From positions 1 through 64,000 of IMG/VR virus record IMGVR_UViG_3300031578_000009: a stretch of 64,000 bases of DNA; one strand, 5' to 3'. The stretch's first letter is position 1, and each line of letters opens with the position of its first letter. The notes beneath the pieces are model-generated. The model had not been told where the DNA came from and searched no databases. It was given only the letters and a program-made list of their open reading frames with translations. This document shows, in pieces, positions 1 to 10,793 of this stretch. This DNA is from a virus. The position numbers were made by a program, and so were the translations under genes.

Positions 1-254
1 CTGTTCAATGGCTTCAGGAGAGAGTTGAAAATCAATCTGAAGGATCTCAATTAACAATTTTACAAACAATAAAATCTCCTGCATTATTAAAGGAATTTAT
101 GAGTTTCAAACCAGGTGGAAACTTTGATAGAATTTCTGCATTAATTATGCTATTGATAGCATTTGAAGATAAAAGAAGATTTGTAACATCAATTAAAAAA
201 AGAATTAACACAGCAGCAGATGATGAATTTTTTAGCAAGCATTGGGTTGGATAA
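1..254 (+). CDS. terL: Terminase large subunit, C-terminal fragment (runs off the window start)
   Basis: Frame 3 is open to TAA at 252-254 and reads ...IKSPALLKEFMSFKPGGNFDRISALIMLL...; the LLKE...GNFDRISA motif and the position just upstream of the portal fit crAss-like TerL. Not in the ORF track. Confidence 0.8.
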   Translation, partial: VQWLQERVENQSEGSQLTILQTIKSPALLKEFMSFKPGGNFDRISALIMLLIAFEDKRRFVTSIKKRINTAADDEFFSKHWVG

Positions 255-275
255 TAATTATGTATATGAAATTAA

Positions 276-307
276 TTTGTGTTAATGAATTTTAACCTAT
301 AATTTTG
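276..307 (+). promoter_or_regulatory. Bacteroidota primary-sigma promoter upstream of portal
   Basis: TTTG (276-279), 20-nt spacer, TAATTTTG (300-307); matches the -33/-7 consensus TTTG-N19-21-TAnnTTTG. Confidence 0.7.
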
Positions 308-327
308 TTTTTTAAATTTATTTTATT

Positions 328-2691
328 ATGGAAGGTCCAATGGTTGATCTACAGTCTCCGTTTTTCCCAAAACAGGCGATTAGTGATTCACAAAAGAATG
401 CTGAATGGTATAAAAAAAATATAGAGACAGGTGTCTCTCTTGTTAATTATAGGAGAGAATCTGGATTAAGAGCAAGTAGAGAAGAAAAAATATCTAATGT
501 TAGATTATTTAATGATGAAGTAGATCCAAGAGAGATTGAGATTGCCATTAATCCATTTAATCTGTCTGGTAAATTTCCAGATACATATAAGAATTATCCA
601 ATAGCTAACAGTAACCTTAATTTGTTATTTGGAGAAGAACGTAAACGTTTATTTAATCCAATAGCATATGTAGTTAATTCTGATTCTATAAATACAGACC
701 AAGATATTATTTCTGATAAATTCAGAGAATTACTAAAAGAGCAATTATTTTCAGAACAATTAACTGAAGAACAAGCCAAGAAAGAAATAATGAATCTTGA
801 TAAATGGAAAAAATATACTTATCAGGATCAGTATGAAAGGATGTCTAATCAGATTATCCAATACTTCTTAAATACAACTGAAATACGAGAACATTGGAGT
901 AAAAATTTTGAAGACTTACTTATACAAGGTGAAGAAATTGCATCTATAGATATTCTTGGTGGTGAATTAGTATTTGAAAGATTAAATCCATTAAACGTAT
1001 ATACATTTAGATCTGGAGACAGTTATAGAATAGAAGATTCAGATTGGATTGTTATTTCAAGATTTCTGCCAATTGGACAGGTAATTGATGGTTATCATGA
1101 TTATTTGTCAAAACCTAATAGAGATTATCTTGAAGAAATTTATATGTCAAGAACATCATCAAGCAGTTTATTTCCCGATGGTCAATTAAGAAGTGAAACT
1201 TGGGATATTAATAAAACTCTTGAGATGATGGGAGCTGATGGTAATTCTTATTTAGGAACTGATAAACTATTAGTTACTCATAACAGGAATTATGATGAGC
1301 AGGGTAACGTACGTGTAACCAGAGTATTGTGGAAGGGTCAACGTAAAATTGGTATTCTTGAATATAAAGACGTTGATGGAACAATGCAAAAAAAATATGT
1401 ATCTGAACAATATAAAGCAGATGCAGAAAATGGAGAAAAAATTAAATGGGAGTATATATCAGAATGGAATGAAGGAACTAAGATTGGTAATGATATATAT
1501 GTAAAATATGGTCCAAGACCAATTCAATTCAGAGATCCAGATAATCCATCTATATGCCATCCTGGTATAGTAGGTAATATTTTAAATACAAATTCCGCAA
1601 AATCTAAATCACTAATGAGTTATATGAAACCATATCAGCTTTTGTATAACTTTTTTATGTATAGATTACAACAAGATATAATGAAATATCAAGGACATAT
1701 AGCAAGATTTAATTTAGCAACTAAGCCCGATAAATGGTCAGTTGATAAAGTTATGTACTATATGCAACAATTTGGTATATATGTAGAAGATCCATTTAAT
1801 GAAGGACAAGAAGGAGCTGCTACTGGTAAACTAGGTGGAGCATTAGGACATAATCCTGGAAGTATGCAAATTGGAGATCATAATTTAATTCTTATGAATA
1901 TCCAAATGCTTGAATTTTTAGAACAACGTATTGCAGATATTTCTGGAGTAAGTCCACAGCGTAAAGGTTCTATATCAAATAGAGAAACTGTTGGTGGAGT
2001 TGAGCGTTCTGTAATGCAATCAAGCAATAATACTGAGAAATATTATGGACTACATGATAATTTTAGGTTAAGATGCTTGAGAACAATAGTAGAAACGGCT
2101 AAAGTTGCTTGGAAAGATAAAAAAGAAAAACGTTCATTTGTTTTAGATGATGGAACAAAAACAGTATTGGATTTTGATGGAGAATCATTTAAACAAGGTG
2201 TGTACGGTGTAGCAACTACAACTTCTTCTGATGTTACAAATATGATGAATGACATTAAAGGATTAGCTCCATATATATTACAAAATGGCTCTACTCTTGC
2301 TGAAGTAGCTATGGTGTATAAAACTAAAGACCCAGCAACATTACAGCGCAAACTTGAACAATATGATGATGATAAAGCTCAAAGGGCTGATCAGACTGAA
2401 AAAAGACAAATGGAAGCACAACAAGCACAAATTGCATCAGCAGAAAAAATTGAAGCAGCCAGGATGGAGCATGAAAGATTATTGAAGGAGATGGAATTAA
2501 ATAATGCACAACAGATTGAGTTAATTAAACAATCTGGACAAGACAACTCTGTAGAACTTGAAAAATTAAGAATTCAGGAAGATAAAATTAAATCAGACTT
2601 AAAATTAGCTGAGAACAAACTTAATGAAGATAAAAGACATAATCAAATGATGGAATCTATACAGAGATCTAAACAAAATGTTAAGAAATAG
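328..2691 (+). CDS. Portal protein
   Basis: 787 aa between terL and the capsid genes; crAss-type portal features (NYPI..NLLFGEE, ISGVSPQRKG, ETVGGVERSV) and a long C-terminal coiled coil. Confidence 0.88.
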   Translation: MEGPMVDLQSPFFPKQAISDSQKNAEWYKKNIETGVSLVNYRRESGLRASREEKISNVRLFNDEVDPREIEIAINPFNLSGKFPDTYKNYPIANSNLNLLFGEERKRLFNPIAYVVNSDSINTDQDIISDKFRELLKEQLFSEQLTEEQAKKEIMNLDKWKKYTYQDQYERMSNQIIQYFLNTTEIREHWSKNFEDLLIQGEEIASIDILGGELVFERLNPLNVYTFRSGDSYRIEDSDWIVISRFLPIGQVIDGYHDYLSKPNRDYLEEIYMSRTSSSSLFPDGQLRSETWDINKTLEMMGADGNSYLGTDKLLVTHNRNYDEQGNVRVTRVLWKGQRKIGILEYKDVDGTMQKKYVSEQYKADAENGEKIKWEYISEWNEGTKIGNDIYVKYGPRPIQFRDPDNPSICHPGIVGNILNTNSAKSKSLMSYMKPYQLLYNFFMYRLQQDIMKYQGHIARFNLATKPDKWSVDKVMYYMQQFGIYVEDPFNEGQEGAATGKLGGALGHNPGSMQIGDHNLILMNIQMLEFLEQRIADISGVSPQRKGSISNRETVGGVERSVMQSSNNTEKYYGLHDNFRLRCLRTIVETAKVAWKDKKEKRSFVLDDGTKTVLDFDGESFKQGVYGVATTTSSDVTNMMNDIKGLAPYILQNGSTLAEVAMVYKTKDPATLQRKLEQYDDDKAQRADQTEKRQMEAQQAQIASAEKIEAARMEHERLLKEMELNNAQQIELIKQSGQDNSVELEKLRIQEDKIKSDLKLAENKLNEDKRHNQMMESIQRSKQNVKK

Positions 2692-2722
2692 TTATGGCGG
2701 AATATACAAACAAACCTATTAT

Positions 2723-2754
2723 CTTGATGAGAATTTGAATATTATATATTTTTG
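2723..2754 (+). promoter_or_regulatory. Bacteroidota-type promoter upstream of scaffold/MCP genes
   Basis: CTTG (2723-2726), 20-nt spacer, TATTTTTG (2747-2754). Confidence 0.6.
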
Positions 2755-2779
2755 TTAAACCTAAAAACAGATAAAAACA

Positions 2780-3913
2780 ATGAGTGAACAAGAAAAAGAA
2801 GATTTTGTATTTGATCCTACGCAAATAGTTGGGGCAAGTACAGAACAAAAGACTGATGAAAAAGCTGAAAAGTTAAACTTATTTAACGATACTATTTTTG
2901 ACCTGGATGAAAAACCAGATAAAGAAAATAAAGACATTACAAAAGAATCTGATGAAAACTCCCTTTCTCCTGATGAAATTAAGAATAAAAAAGATGAGTC
3001 TTTAAAATCTGTTTTTTCTGTTGCACTAGGTCAAGATTTGATGGAGAGGGGAGTTCTTTCATCTTTTGATGAAGAAGAAATTTCAAAGATAGCACAAGAG
3101 CAAGGTGAAGATGCTGCAATAATGAAGATGTTTGAATCACAAGCTAGTGCTATTAATGAAGAAATTAAATCCACTTATGATGAAGGATATAAGGAATATC
3201 TTAATATGATTCAAGGTGGAGCTACTAAAGAAGAAGCTGTAGGTATTAATCAACTTGATAATTATCAAAAATCAATTAAAGATTTAGATTTAAAATCAGA
3301 TGATAATATTGATGCAAGAAAAAATTTATTAACACTACATTATAGGTTAACTACTAAATGGTCTGAAGATAAAATTCAGAAATACATTGAAAAATCAGTT
3401 GATGAAGGATCTGATCTTGATGAAGTAGATGAAGCATTAACAAACCTTAATGCTTATGTTACTGAAGAAAAACAATCTATTAAACAAAGGGCTGAACAAG
3501 CCAAAATAGATGCTCAAAAAGCTCAGGAAAAAATGGTTAATGATTATAAATCATATATAGATAAAACTGATGAATATTTTGCAGGAGAAAAAGTTTCTAA
3601 ACAAATTAAAGAGAAAATTCAAAAAGCATTATTAGATCCAGTTAAACTTGAAAATGGTGTAGTTACTAATCATGTATGGGCAAAAAGAGCAGAAAATCCT
3701 ATTTCATTTGATGCAAAAGTTGCTTATTTAGATTCAATAGGATTCTTTGATAACAAACCATTAGACAAGTTCATTAAAAAAGCAGAAACAAAAAGCACTA
3801 CAAGATTAGCAGAATTTCTTAATGACAATAAAGGTAGAGATGTAATGAAGTCTATGAATAGAAGCTTTACTGATAAAGAGTCAAAAGAAGTTGATCTTTT
3901 TGAGTCATTATAA
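2780..3913 (+). CDS. Acidic coiled-coil protein, putative capsid scaffolding protein
   Basis: 377 aa, D/E/K-rich and helical; lies between portal and MCP. Confidence 0.6.
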   Translation: MSEQEKEDFVFDPTQIVGASTEQKTDEKAEKLNLFNDTIFDLDEKPDKENKDITKESDENSLSPDEIKNKKDESLKSVFSVALGQDLMERGVLSSFDEEEISKIAQEQGEDAAIMKMFESQASAINEEIKSTYDEGYKEYLNMIQGGATKEEAVGINQLDNYQKSIKDLDLKSDDNIDARKNLLTLHYRLTTKWSEDKIQKYIEKSVDEGSDLDEVDEALTNLNAYVTEEKQSIKQRAEQAKIDAQKAQEKMVNDYKSYIDKTDEYFAGEKVSKQIKEKIQKALLDPVKLENGVVTNHVWAKRAENPISFDAKVAYLDSIGFFDNKPLDKFIKKAETKSTTRLAEFLNDNKGRDVMKSMNRSFTDKESKEVDLFESL

Positions 3914-3934
3914 AAATATTAAATTTAGATAAAA

Positions 3935-5416
3935 ATGAGTAATATTCAACATTCAAAACTCCAGATCATTGATCCAAAATATTGGTCTGGTTTAACAAGA
4001 GAAAGCCATATGGCATGGCTTGGAAACAAGACCTATCAATATATTGATGAAAAAATTGAGAAGGTCTATGAACTTAACTATGGAGACGATAACCTGGTAT
4101 CTTTTATTAATAAGATTCCTGTAGTTGAAGTAGACGAAGATGTTCCTTTCAGATGGAAACTAATGGGTGCAGATGAGCGTAATATTCCATTGGTAAAAGC
4201 TGCATTGACCACTTCTGGTAGTCAGGTTAGTGGAACTGATCAAGCTGGATTAAACTTTACTCCATTCTATTTGTGGTTTAGTGAAAATTATTTTGCTGCT
4301 ACTTCAAATATCTGTGGTGATAATCCTGAAGGATTGCAATATAGGGTTATGGAAGATCCGGTTCAGGATGGTACATTATACAGGTGTAAAGTACAGTTGT
4401 TTGGTAATGATCCAGATGCCTTTGCTCCAATTGATGAATTGGCTGCTGGCATTCGTTTCAAAGAATTATTTGCACAAACAGAACAGGAGTTTTCTCATCG
4501 TGGAAACACAATTCACCATGCATCGCATTTTGAACTTGAGAATATTCTTTCTATGATTCGTAAGAATTATGAAGTTACCGGAAGTTTAATGGGTGCAAAA
4601 AACCCTGTTATGGGTATGCAAGCAACTGATGGAAAATCAGTTCAAACCAAATGGATTAATAAGCAAGAATGGGATTTCTTTGTACAATTTAGACGTGATA
4701 AAGCTCGTCTTTATATGTATGGAAAATCTAACAAAATGGCTGATGGTACATTTGTGCATAAAGGAGAATCTGGTAACACTATACGTTCTGGATTTGGATT
4801 ATATGAACAAATGGAAGCAAGTAACTTGTTATTCTTCAACACATTCAGTTTAGATATGCTTTCAACATTTGCATTAGATTTATCTATTGGACGTATTGCT
4901 GAAGATAAACGTGAGTTTGTATTGTCTACTGGTGAACGTGGAGCATTTGAGTTCCATAAAGCAGCTTCTGAAAAAGCTTCTTCTTACACATGGTTGCGTT
5001 CAGATCATAATTTCCAAGGTGGCGGTAAAGAATTAAACGAAGTTCAAATTACTACTTATACTTTTGTAAATGGAATTAAATTCCATGTTATGATTGACCC
5101 AATGAAAGATGATCCGATTATCAATACCATTACTTGGAAAGATGGATTAGCTAGTTCTTACTCATATGATATTTGGGACTTTGGTACAACTAATGGTTCT
5201 GCAAATATTGAAAGAGTTTCCTTAAAAGGTTCTCCTGAAGTTTATAAAGTTGTTCCTGGATTACGTGATCCTTATAGTCCTGCTGGACTTGGAGATACTC
5301 CTGGAATTACATCGTCTCTTGTAGATGGTTATACTTTAGGTAAAGCATTCTGGGGTGGAATTCGTATCCGTAATATTAAGAAAACTGGTCGTTTGTTACC
5401 AAACGCCTTGAGATAA
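3935..5416 (+). CDS. Major capsid protein (crAss-like)
   Basis: 493 aa; WSGLTRESH N-terminus, GESGNTIRSGFGLYEQ and TGERG motifs; codon bias of a highly expressed gene; followed by a terminator. Confidence 0.9.
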   Translation: MSNIQHSKLQIIDPKYWSGLTRESHMAWLGNKTYQYIDEKIEKVYELNYGDDNLVSFINKIPVVEVDEDVPFRWKLMGADERNIPLVKAALTTSGSQVSGTDQAGLNFTPFYLWFSENYFAATSNICGDNPEGLQYRVMEDPVQDGTLYRCKVQLFGNDPDAFAPIDELAAGIRFKELFAQTEQEFSHRGNTIHHASHFELENILSMIRKNYEVTGSLMGAKNPVMGMQATDGKSVQTKWINKQEWDFFVQFRRDKARLYMYGKSNKMADGTFVHKGESGNTIRSGFGLYEQMEASNLLFFNTFSLDMLSTFALDLSIGRIAEDKREFVLSTGERGAFEFHKAASEKASSYTWLRSDHNFQGGGKELNEVQITTYTFVNGIKFHVMIDPMKDDPIINTITWKDGLASSYSYDIWDFGTTNGSANIERVSLKGSPEVYKVVPGLRDPYSPAGLGDTPGITSSLVDGYTLGKAFWGGIRIRNIKKTGRLLPNALR

Positions 5417-5426
5417 TAAATTTATT

Positions 5427-5464
5427 AGGATAGTTGGGATTGACCTCTCAACTATCCTTTATTT
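5427..5464 (+). terminator. Intrinsic terminator after MCP
   Basis: AGGATAGTTG...CAACTATCCT stem followed by a T-rich tract. Confidence 0.75.
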
Positions 5465-5492
5465 ACTAACAACAGAAAAAATAAAAAGATTT

Positions 5493-6404
5493 ATGGTAAA
5501 AGAATTAATTACAAAAGAAGAAGCAGTTAAACGTGGATATTTAGAGAATAAAAAAATAGTAGTTAAACCATCTCCCAGAGTAGGATTAATGGGAATTACC
5601 GCTCCAGAACATATAGCATTCTTTCAACATGATCAATGTTCTACATTTTTTAGCTTACCACGTACTTCAAGAGGAGATTTGGTAAATGTATTTAAGGATG
5701 AAGAAGAAAGATTATATTTTGAAAATGAACTTGGTGCAAATTTAAATCCATTTAAACCTGGTAATTTATTTGAAAGTATGCTTGTTAAAATAACAATGGA
5801 CAGACAATTATTAAAAGATGGTGAATCATTTGATATGTCTAATCCAACAGATAATTTAAGATTGAGAATAATTAGGGCAAATTCAGATAAAGTAGCTCCA
5901 TCATGGGATGATCGTAAGAAGAAAAATACTTATAGATGGGCATTAGTTGATGAATCACAAATTGGTAAAGAAGCAGAAGTTGAATTTGATTCTAAAATTG
6001 AGTTTGGTATGCTTATGGGTAAATATGCTGCTACTACTCCAGATATGAGGGATTTACTAAAAATTTATTATGGATCTATAAGTTCAAATAAAACTATTAG
6101 TAATGAAGATCCTAAGAATGTATTAATGAAAGAATTAAATACTATTTCTGAAGATAAAAATGCAAGAAATAAACTTTTATCAATTGTAGAAGATAAAACA
6201 TTTCCAATTAAGAAAACTGTACTACAAGCTATTAATGCTGGTATAATTAAAAAGACAGATGTTGATACATATGTATTTGTTGGTGATGAAGCCACGTTTA
6301 CATTTAATGAAATTACAAAAACTATTCATAATTGGAAGAATGAAGATGATGATGAATATTTTAAATTAGTTGCTCGTATAGAAGAATTTAATAAAAAACA
6401 ATGA
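5493..6404 (+). CDS. Conserved crAss-like protein downstream of MCP, function unknown
   Basis: 303-aa ORF in the conserved post-MCP position; FDMSNPTD and VAPSW motifs. Confidence 0.6.
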   Translation: MVKELITKEEAVKRGYLENKKIVVKPSPRVGLMGITAPEHIAFFQHDQCSTFFSLPRTSRGDLVNVFKDEEERLYFENELGANLNPFKPGNLFESMLVKITMDRQLLKDGESFDMSNPTDNLRLRIIRANSDKVAPSWDDRKKKNTYRWALVDESQIGKEAEVEFDSKIEFGMLMGKYAATTPDMRDLLKIYYGSISSNKTISNEDPKNVLMKELNTISEDKNARNKLLSIVEDKTFPIKKTVLQAINAGIIKKTDVDTYVFVGDEATFTFNEITKTIHNWKNEDDDEYFKLVARIEEFNKKQ

Positions 6405-7084
6405 CAATAGTTGATTTAGTTTCAGAATTCGAGGTTCTTTATGAAATAGGGAGCCTCGGATTACCTGGATTTGAAGATGATGAAATTAGGAAATTGCTTG
6501 ATATAGAGCAATATAAACTCATAAATCAAAGATTTCAGGGTAATGATATCTATCATACTAAATTTCCAGACACTCAAAAACGTATTGATGATTTATTAAG
6601 TTTACTTATACTAACTGATTTGGATCTCAATCAAACTGGCAATGTAAATGAATATTTGGTTCAACTACCAGCAGATTATTTACATATATATGAAGTAAGA
6701 GTAAAAAATACTAATGGAGTATATAATGTAGCAGAACAAGTATCAATTAAAGCTGCAATGAGATTTAGTGACTCATTAAGAAATACAGGTCCTGTAGTAC
6801 ATAGTCCAAAATTTAATTTTATATCTGATTCTTCAGGAAATAAATTATTAAGGATTTTTTACTATGATGCAACTGAAACTACGATACAAACAACTAGTGG
6901 ATGTCAAATAATGTATATTAAACTTCCTACAGATTTAACTTCAGTAGCAGATGGAACTACATTAGATGATTTTAATATAGATGTATATCATGAAATAGTA
7001 AGAGCAACTGTAGATACTGCAATTTCGATTGTAACTCCACAAAAAGCTCAGGTTAGTCAATCACAATTAAATAAAACAGAATAA
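6401..7084 (+). CDS. Tail/neck ring protein paralogue 1
   Basis: 227 aa; QKRIDDL, LPADYL and C-terminal YIKLP...YHEIVRATV, shared with the next two ORFs. Confidence 0.65.
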   Translation: MTIVDLVSEFEVLYEIGSLGLPGFEDDEIRKLLDIEQYKLINQRFQGNDIYHTKFPDTQKRIDDLLSLLILTDLDLNQTGNVNEYLVQLPADYLHIYEVRVKNTNGVYNVAEQVSIKAAMRFSDSLRNTGPVVHSPKFNFISDSSGNKLLRIFYYDATETTIQTTSGCQIMYIKLPTDLTSVADGTTLDDFNIDVYHEIVRATVDTAISIVTPQKAQVSQSQLNKTE

Positions 7085-7782
7085 TGACTGGAAGAGAGAT
7101 GTTGGTCTTCTTTGAAGAACTAATAAGAACTACAAATCCTGATTTAGAATTTGATATAACAATTAACACAGATTTAGTATATTCTATATTATCAAGAGCA
7201 CAAAAAGATTATATTGAAGTAAATTTCTTAAATGGAGATTCTATTCAAGATAATGTTAATGCAATTAGAAAACGCTCAGATGTATTAAGGAATATTATAA
7301 AAAGAACTACTACAACAGGAACACATACATTATTAACAGATGGTGGATATTCTGCTGTATTTAGCGCAAGTGATTACTGGATGTTTATGTCTGGCACAAT
7401 AGCTCACTCAAGTTTTGTTACCAATGATAAAGGTTCTTCTTTAAAAGTATATGAACTTGATTTAATCAATCATTATAATTTGCAGAAGAAAATAAGGACT
7501 ATCAATAATGAACCAGTATATAAATACGTACCAATAGTTCTTGAAGGAACAAATGGATTTGTATTCTATATAGATAAAACAATGTATGATGCTGTTGGAG
7601 CTACTATAAACTCAGCAACATTTAATATTGTATATTTAGCATATCCAACTGGAATTGATGGTTCAAATGATTCAGAATTAGCATTATCTACACATATTGA
7701 TATAGTAAAAATTGCTGTAGATATATTTATAAAAGAATACAAGTTTTTATTAGGTCAAATTAATAAAAAAGCTAACGGATAA
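7084..7782 (+). CDS. Tail/neck ring protein paralogue 2
   Basis: 232 aa; LSRAQ..Y and C-terminal YLAYP...SEL...THIDIVKIAV. Confidence 0.65.
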   Translation: MTGREMLVFFEELIRTTNPDLEFDITINTDLVYSILSRAQKDYIEVNFLNGDSIQDNVNAIRKRSDVLRNIIKRTTTTGTHTLLTDGGYSAVFSASDYWMFMSGTIAHSSFVTNDKGSSLKVYELDLINHYNLQKKIRTINNEPVYKYVPIVLEGTNGFVFYIDKTMYDAVGATINSATFNIVYLAYPTGIDGSNDSELALSTHIDIVKIAVDIFIKEYKFLLGQINKKANG

Positions 7783-8411
7783 TGAATGCTATTGAGATGC
7801 AAGAAGCTGTTGAAATTGAATTGAGACAGCGTGATCCAGATTATGAAGTTAAACATAAACTTGAATCTAAAGAAATATTCTATTTTTTATCAAGATCAGA
7901 AAGAGATTATGTACAAGAAATATATGATGAAGGTATTGATAAGAATGAAAAAAATAAGAAAAAATTAGGTGGTTTATTATTAACTTCAACTATAACTGGG
8001 GGAGACATTGCATCAAGTACATTTTATCCAAGTTCATATGTTGTAACATTACCAGATGGTGTATTATATGTGTTAAATGAGAGGGCTAATTCAGATGTTT
8101 TTGTTAAACCAATATCATATGACGAATACAATGTAAGTAGAGATAATCCATTCAGACAACCAAGAATTGATAAATTTTTACGATTGGATGGATTGGGAAT
8201 ACACATTATATTAACTCCAAGTGTAACATTGACTAAATTGAGTATAGATTATGTAAAAACACCACTAGGAATAAGCGTTAATCAAAACTGTGAATTGCAT
8301 GAGAGTGTACATTATAATATAGTTAAAGGAGCAGTTAAATTAATATTAGCTGCTAAACAAGAACAAGTTGGATATCAAATTCAATCAATAGAAGAAAAAC
8401 AAAATAAATAA
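7782..8411 (+). CDS. Tail/neck ring protein paralogue 3
   Basis: 209 aa; DNPFRQP and YVKTP...CELHESVHYNIVKGAV. Confidence 0.65.
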   Translation: MNAIEMQEAVEIELRQRDPDYEVKHKLESKEIFYFLSRSERDYVQEIYDEGIDKNEKNKKKLGGLLLTSTITGGDIASSTFYPSSYVVTLPDGVLYVLNERANSDVFVKPISYDEYNVSRDNPFRQPRIDKFLRLDGLGIHIILTPSVTLTKLSIDYVKTPLGISVNQNCELHESVHYNIVKGAVKLILAAKQEQVGYQIQSIEEKQNK

Positions 8412-8428
8412 TTTAATATTTTAAAAAT

Positions 8429-9067
8429 ATGAGTGATTTACAGAAACCAAAAACGATGTATAGAAATCAGGATTCTGATTATGCTATAATTAAAGGAAAA
8501 CTATTTAATCCTGTCGTTGATAAATTAAATGCATTATCAAATACTGATGATACATTAACTGTAGATACAATTTCAGAAGTAACATCTGGAAGTGGAGTAA
8601 CGGTTGATGGATTAAAATTTTTAGATGGGGGTGTGCAAATTTCTACCAATGTATGGGAAAAGAGTGCTGAAGTTACATTGACAGCAACTGAAATAGTAGG
8701 GACTGATGCTGGAGATATTGGCCATACTGCTGGGGCCATTGTTGTTGCTGCTCCAAGTTCAAGTTATGCATTAGAATTTGTATCTGCTGTATTAATTTAT
8801 AATTATTCTGCTGCTGCTTATACTGGAGGTAGTGATGATATGACATTTAGAGTTGGAACAGTAGATTGTTCTACTGCAATTACAGATACAAACTGTATTA
8901 AAGCAACTGGAGATAAAGTATATAAGCTTGGATGTATTGCTACAGAAACAAGTCTTCCAGTTGGAAGTTCAATTAATTTATCTGGCACTGCATTTACAAA
9001 CCCTGGAACTGCTGCTGGTACTTTAACTGTACATGTAACTTACAGAATTCATACCACTGGATTATAA
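8429..9067 (+). CDS. Virion structural protein (head-fibre or decoration-like)
   Basis: 212 aa, T/S/G/A-rich and beta-rich; the segment VDTISEVTSGSGVTVD resembles VDTIVEKTSATGVTID in the 939-aa fibre. Confidence 0.5.
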   Translation: MSDLQKPKTMYRNQDSDYAIIKGKLFNPVVDKLNALSNTDDTLTVDTISEVTSGSGVTVDGLKFLDGGVQISTNVWEKSAEVTLTATEIVGTDAGDIGHTAGAIVVAAPSSSYALEFVSAVLIYNYSAAAYTGGSDDMTFRVGTVDCSTAITDTNCIKATGDKVYKLGCIATETSLPVGSSINLSGTAFTNPGTAAGTLTVHVTYRIHTTGL

Positions 9068-9106
9068 AATAAATAATATATATTGTTAAATTTAAAATAA
9101 ATAAAC

Positions 9107-10351
9107 ATGTTTGAAGGAAATGCAACCTATTTATATGTAGGTAACGTAGCAAGAAGCACTGATACTTTAGCAGCAATGGCTGCTGGATCAATTGCTATCG
9201 TTAATGAAGCTGGCACTGTGCAAACCAGTACAATTATGGCAAGTAATGCAAAATACAGAATTGCACAAAAATTAGCAAGTGGACAAATCATCTATTCAGA
9301 TTGGTTTAATCCTACTCTAATTAAGAATCTTACTGGTAAATCTTATGATGCTCCGGTGCAACAAATATCCTATTTAGGATATAATGGAACTAGTGGTTCA
9401 TTTGATGCAACTGCTAATGAAGATTTCGTAATGCATGTAGAATGGAAAAATACTGCTGGATTTTATAATTCATATCCATTTTTAGTTCCAGCTACATACC
9501 ATCCATCTACTGCAAGTCAGGCTGAATTAACTTTAGGGTTAATTCAATCGTTAGATGCAAATATGAAACGTCAACCGTTTAAATTTGTAGTAGTAGATCG
9601 TATTAACAGTGCTGCTGTTGTAACAAGCAATGACTTCTTAGCAGATGCAACTGTAGTTAATGGAAGTAAATCTATTTCTATTGCAGAAAGCTCTGGAGCT
9701 GCTGCTGATGCTGGTCAATATGCTACATCAACGGAAACTGCTGTAGGAGATTATTTACGTATTGGTGGTGTAGGTGCTGGAACTGCTTTAACTAGCACAG
9801 TTTATAAAGTAACTGCTGTTAGTGGAATTAGTACTGCTGCTGCTGTGATTACAGTTGATAGACCAATTACTGTTGCATCTGGAACTTATGCTGCTGCAAC
9901 TCATGATGTTGAAGTCATTCCTGCTGCTTCTATTGCAAACTTTGGATTAAAATTTGTAGGACAGACTAATGCTACTTTTGATCCAATGGTTGATACTTAT
10001 TCTTTAACTAATTTTGGAATTTTGTTGAATGAGTCTTTTGTAACTGCAACTGTAACTAATTCAACTGCTGCTTATATTGGAATTGGGAATCCATATGTAT
10101 TAGCTAATCTTGAAGTTTATGCTCAATACAATGACAAAGCTCCATTTATTAGCGCATATCCACGTAATAATGTACGTGCTGAAGTTGATAAAACTGGTAC
10201 ATATGATGTGATGTCGTTTGAAGTTAATGATCCTGTAACCACATGGGTTAGCACTGGAATGACTACTAATAAACGTACACACATGGTTATTGCAACTAAA
10301 GTTGCTTTATCTGGTGATGGTGTAGACGCTTGTTTAGGATTTACTTTGTAG
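9107..10351 (+). CDS. Abundant structural protein, putative auxiliary capsid protein
   Basis: 414 aa, A/T-rich, codon bias like MCP, followed by a strong terminator; position matches crAss auxiliary capsid genes. Confidence 0.55.
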   Translation: MFEGNATYLYVGNVARSTDTLAAMAAGSIAIVNEAGTVQTSTIMASNAKYRIAQKLASGQIIYSDWFNPTLIKNLTGKSYDAPVQQISYLGYNGTSGSFDATANEDFVMHVEWKNTAGFYNSYPFLVPATYHPSTASQAELTLGLIQSLDANMKRQPFKFVVVDRINSAAVVTSNDFLADATVVNGSKSISIAESSGAAADAGQYATSTETAVGDYLRIGGVGAGTALTSTVYKVTAVSGISTAAAVITVDRPITVASGTYAAATHDVEVIPAASIANFGLKFVGQTNATFDPMVDTYSLTNFGILLNESFVTATVTNSTAAYIGIGNPYVLANLEVYAQYNDKAPFISAYPRNNVRAEVDKTGTYDVMSFEVNDPVTTWVSTGMTTNKRTHMVIATKVALSGDGVDACLGFTL

Positions 10352-10372
10352 TATTTATTAATATTTGTTTTG

Positions 10373-10407
10373 AAAATAGGGAGTATAATAGCTCCCTATT
10401 TTTGTTT
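10373..10407 (+). terminator. Intrinsic terminator
   Basis: AAAATAGGGAG-tataatag-CTCCCTATTTT followed by TGTTT. Confidence 0.8.
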
Positions 10408-10433
10408 ATATATTAACCGTATATAAACTTTAT

Positions 10434-10464
10434 TTTGTAGATAGAATAGTTATGGTTAATTTTG
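10434..10464 (+). promoter_or_regulatory. Bacteroidota-type promoter for the tail-spike/fibre block
   Basis: TTTG (10434-10437), 19-nt spacer, TAATTTTG (10457-10464). Confidence 0.65.
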
Positions 10465-10484
10465 AATTTTAAATAGTTTTTATT

Positions 10485-10793
10485 ATGAATAAGATAGATA
10501 TACAACAGATATCTCAAACTGTAGTTGATAAATTACAGGAACGTGATCAAGCATTAAATGGTTGGATTGGATGTAGTGCAGCTCAAACTGCTCCAGTTGG
10601 AAATTATTCTGGTATTAAAGTTCTTGCTGGAGATGATTTTATAGCTACAGTAACATTTGATACAACTTCTCCATGTAGTTTAAATAGTGTAACTTTAACT
10701 TTAGTTCCTGGTGATTATTTACCAACTCCTGGACTAACATCTTGTACAGTGTCTGCTGGAAGTTGTCTATTGGTTAAAGCAGAAAGAAAATGA
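10485..10793 (+). CDS. Small beta-rich structural protein
   Basis: 102 aa; stop overlaps the next start (ATGA). Confidence 0.5.
   Translation: MNKIDIQQISQTVVDKLQERDQALNGWIGCSAAQTAPVGNYSGIKVLAGDDFIATVTFDTTSPCSLNSVTLTLVPGDYLPTPGLTSCTVSAGSCLLVKAERK

Noticed and set aside
47-238. 63-aa minus-strand ORF
   Set aside because: It is antisense to the terminase C-terminus in frame +3.
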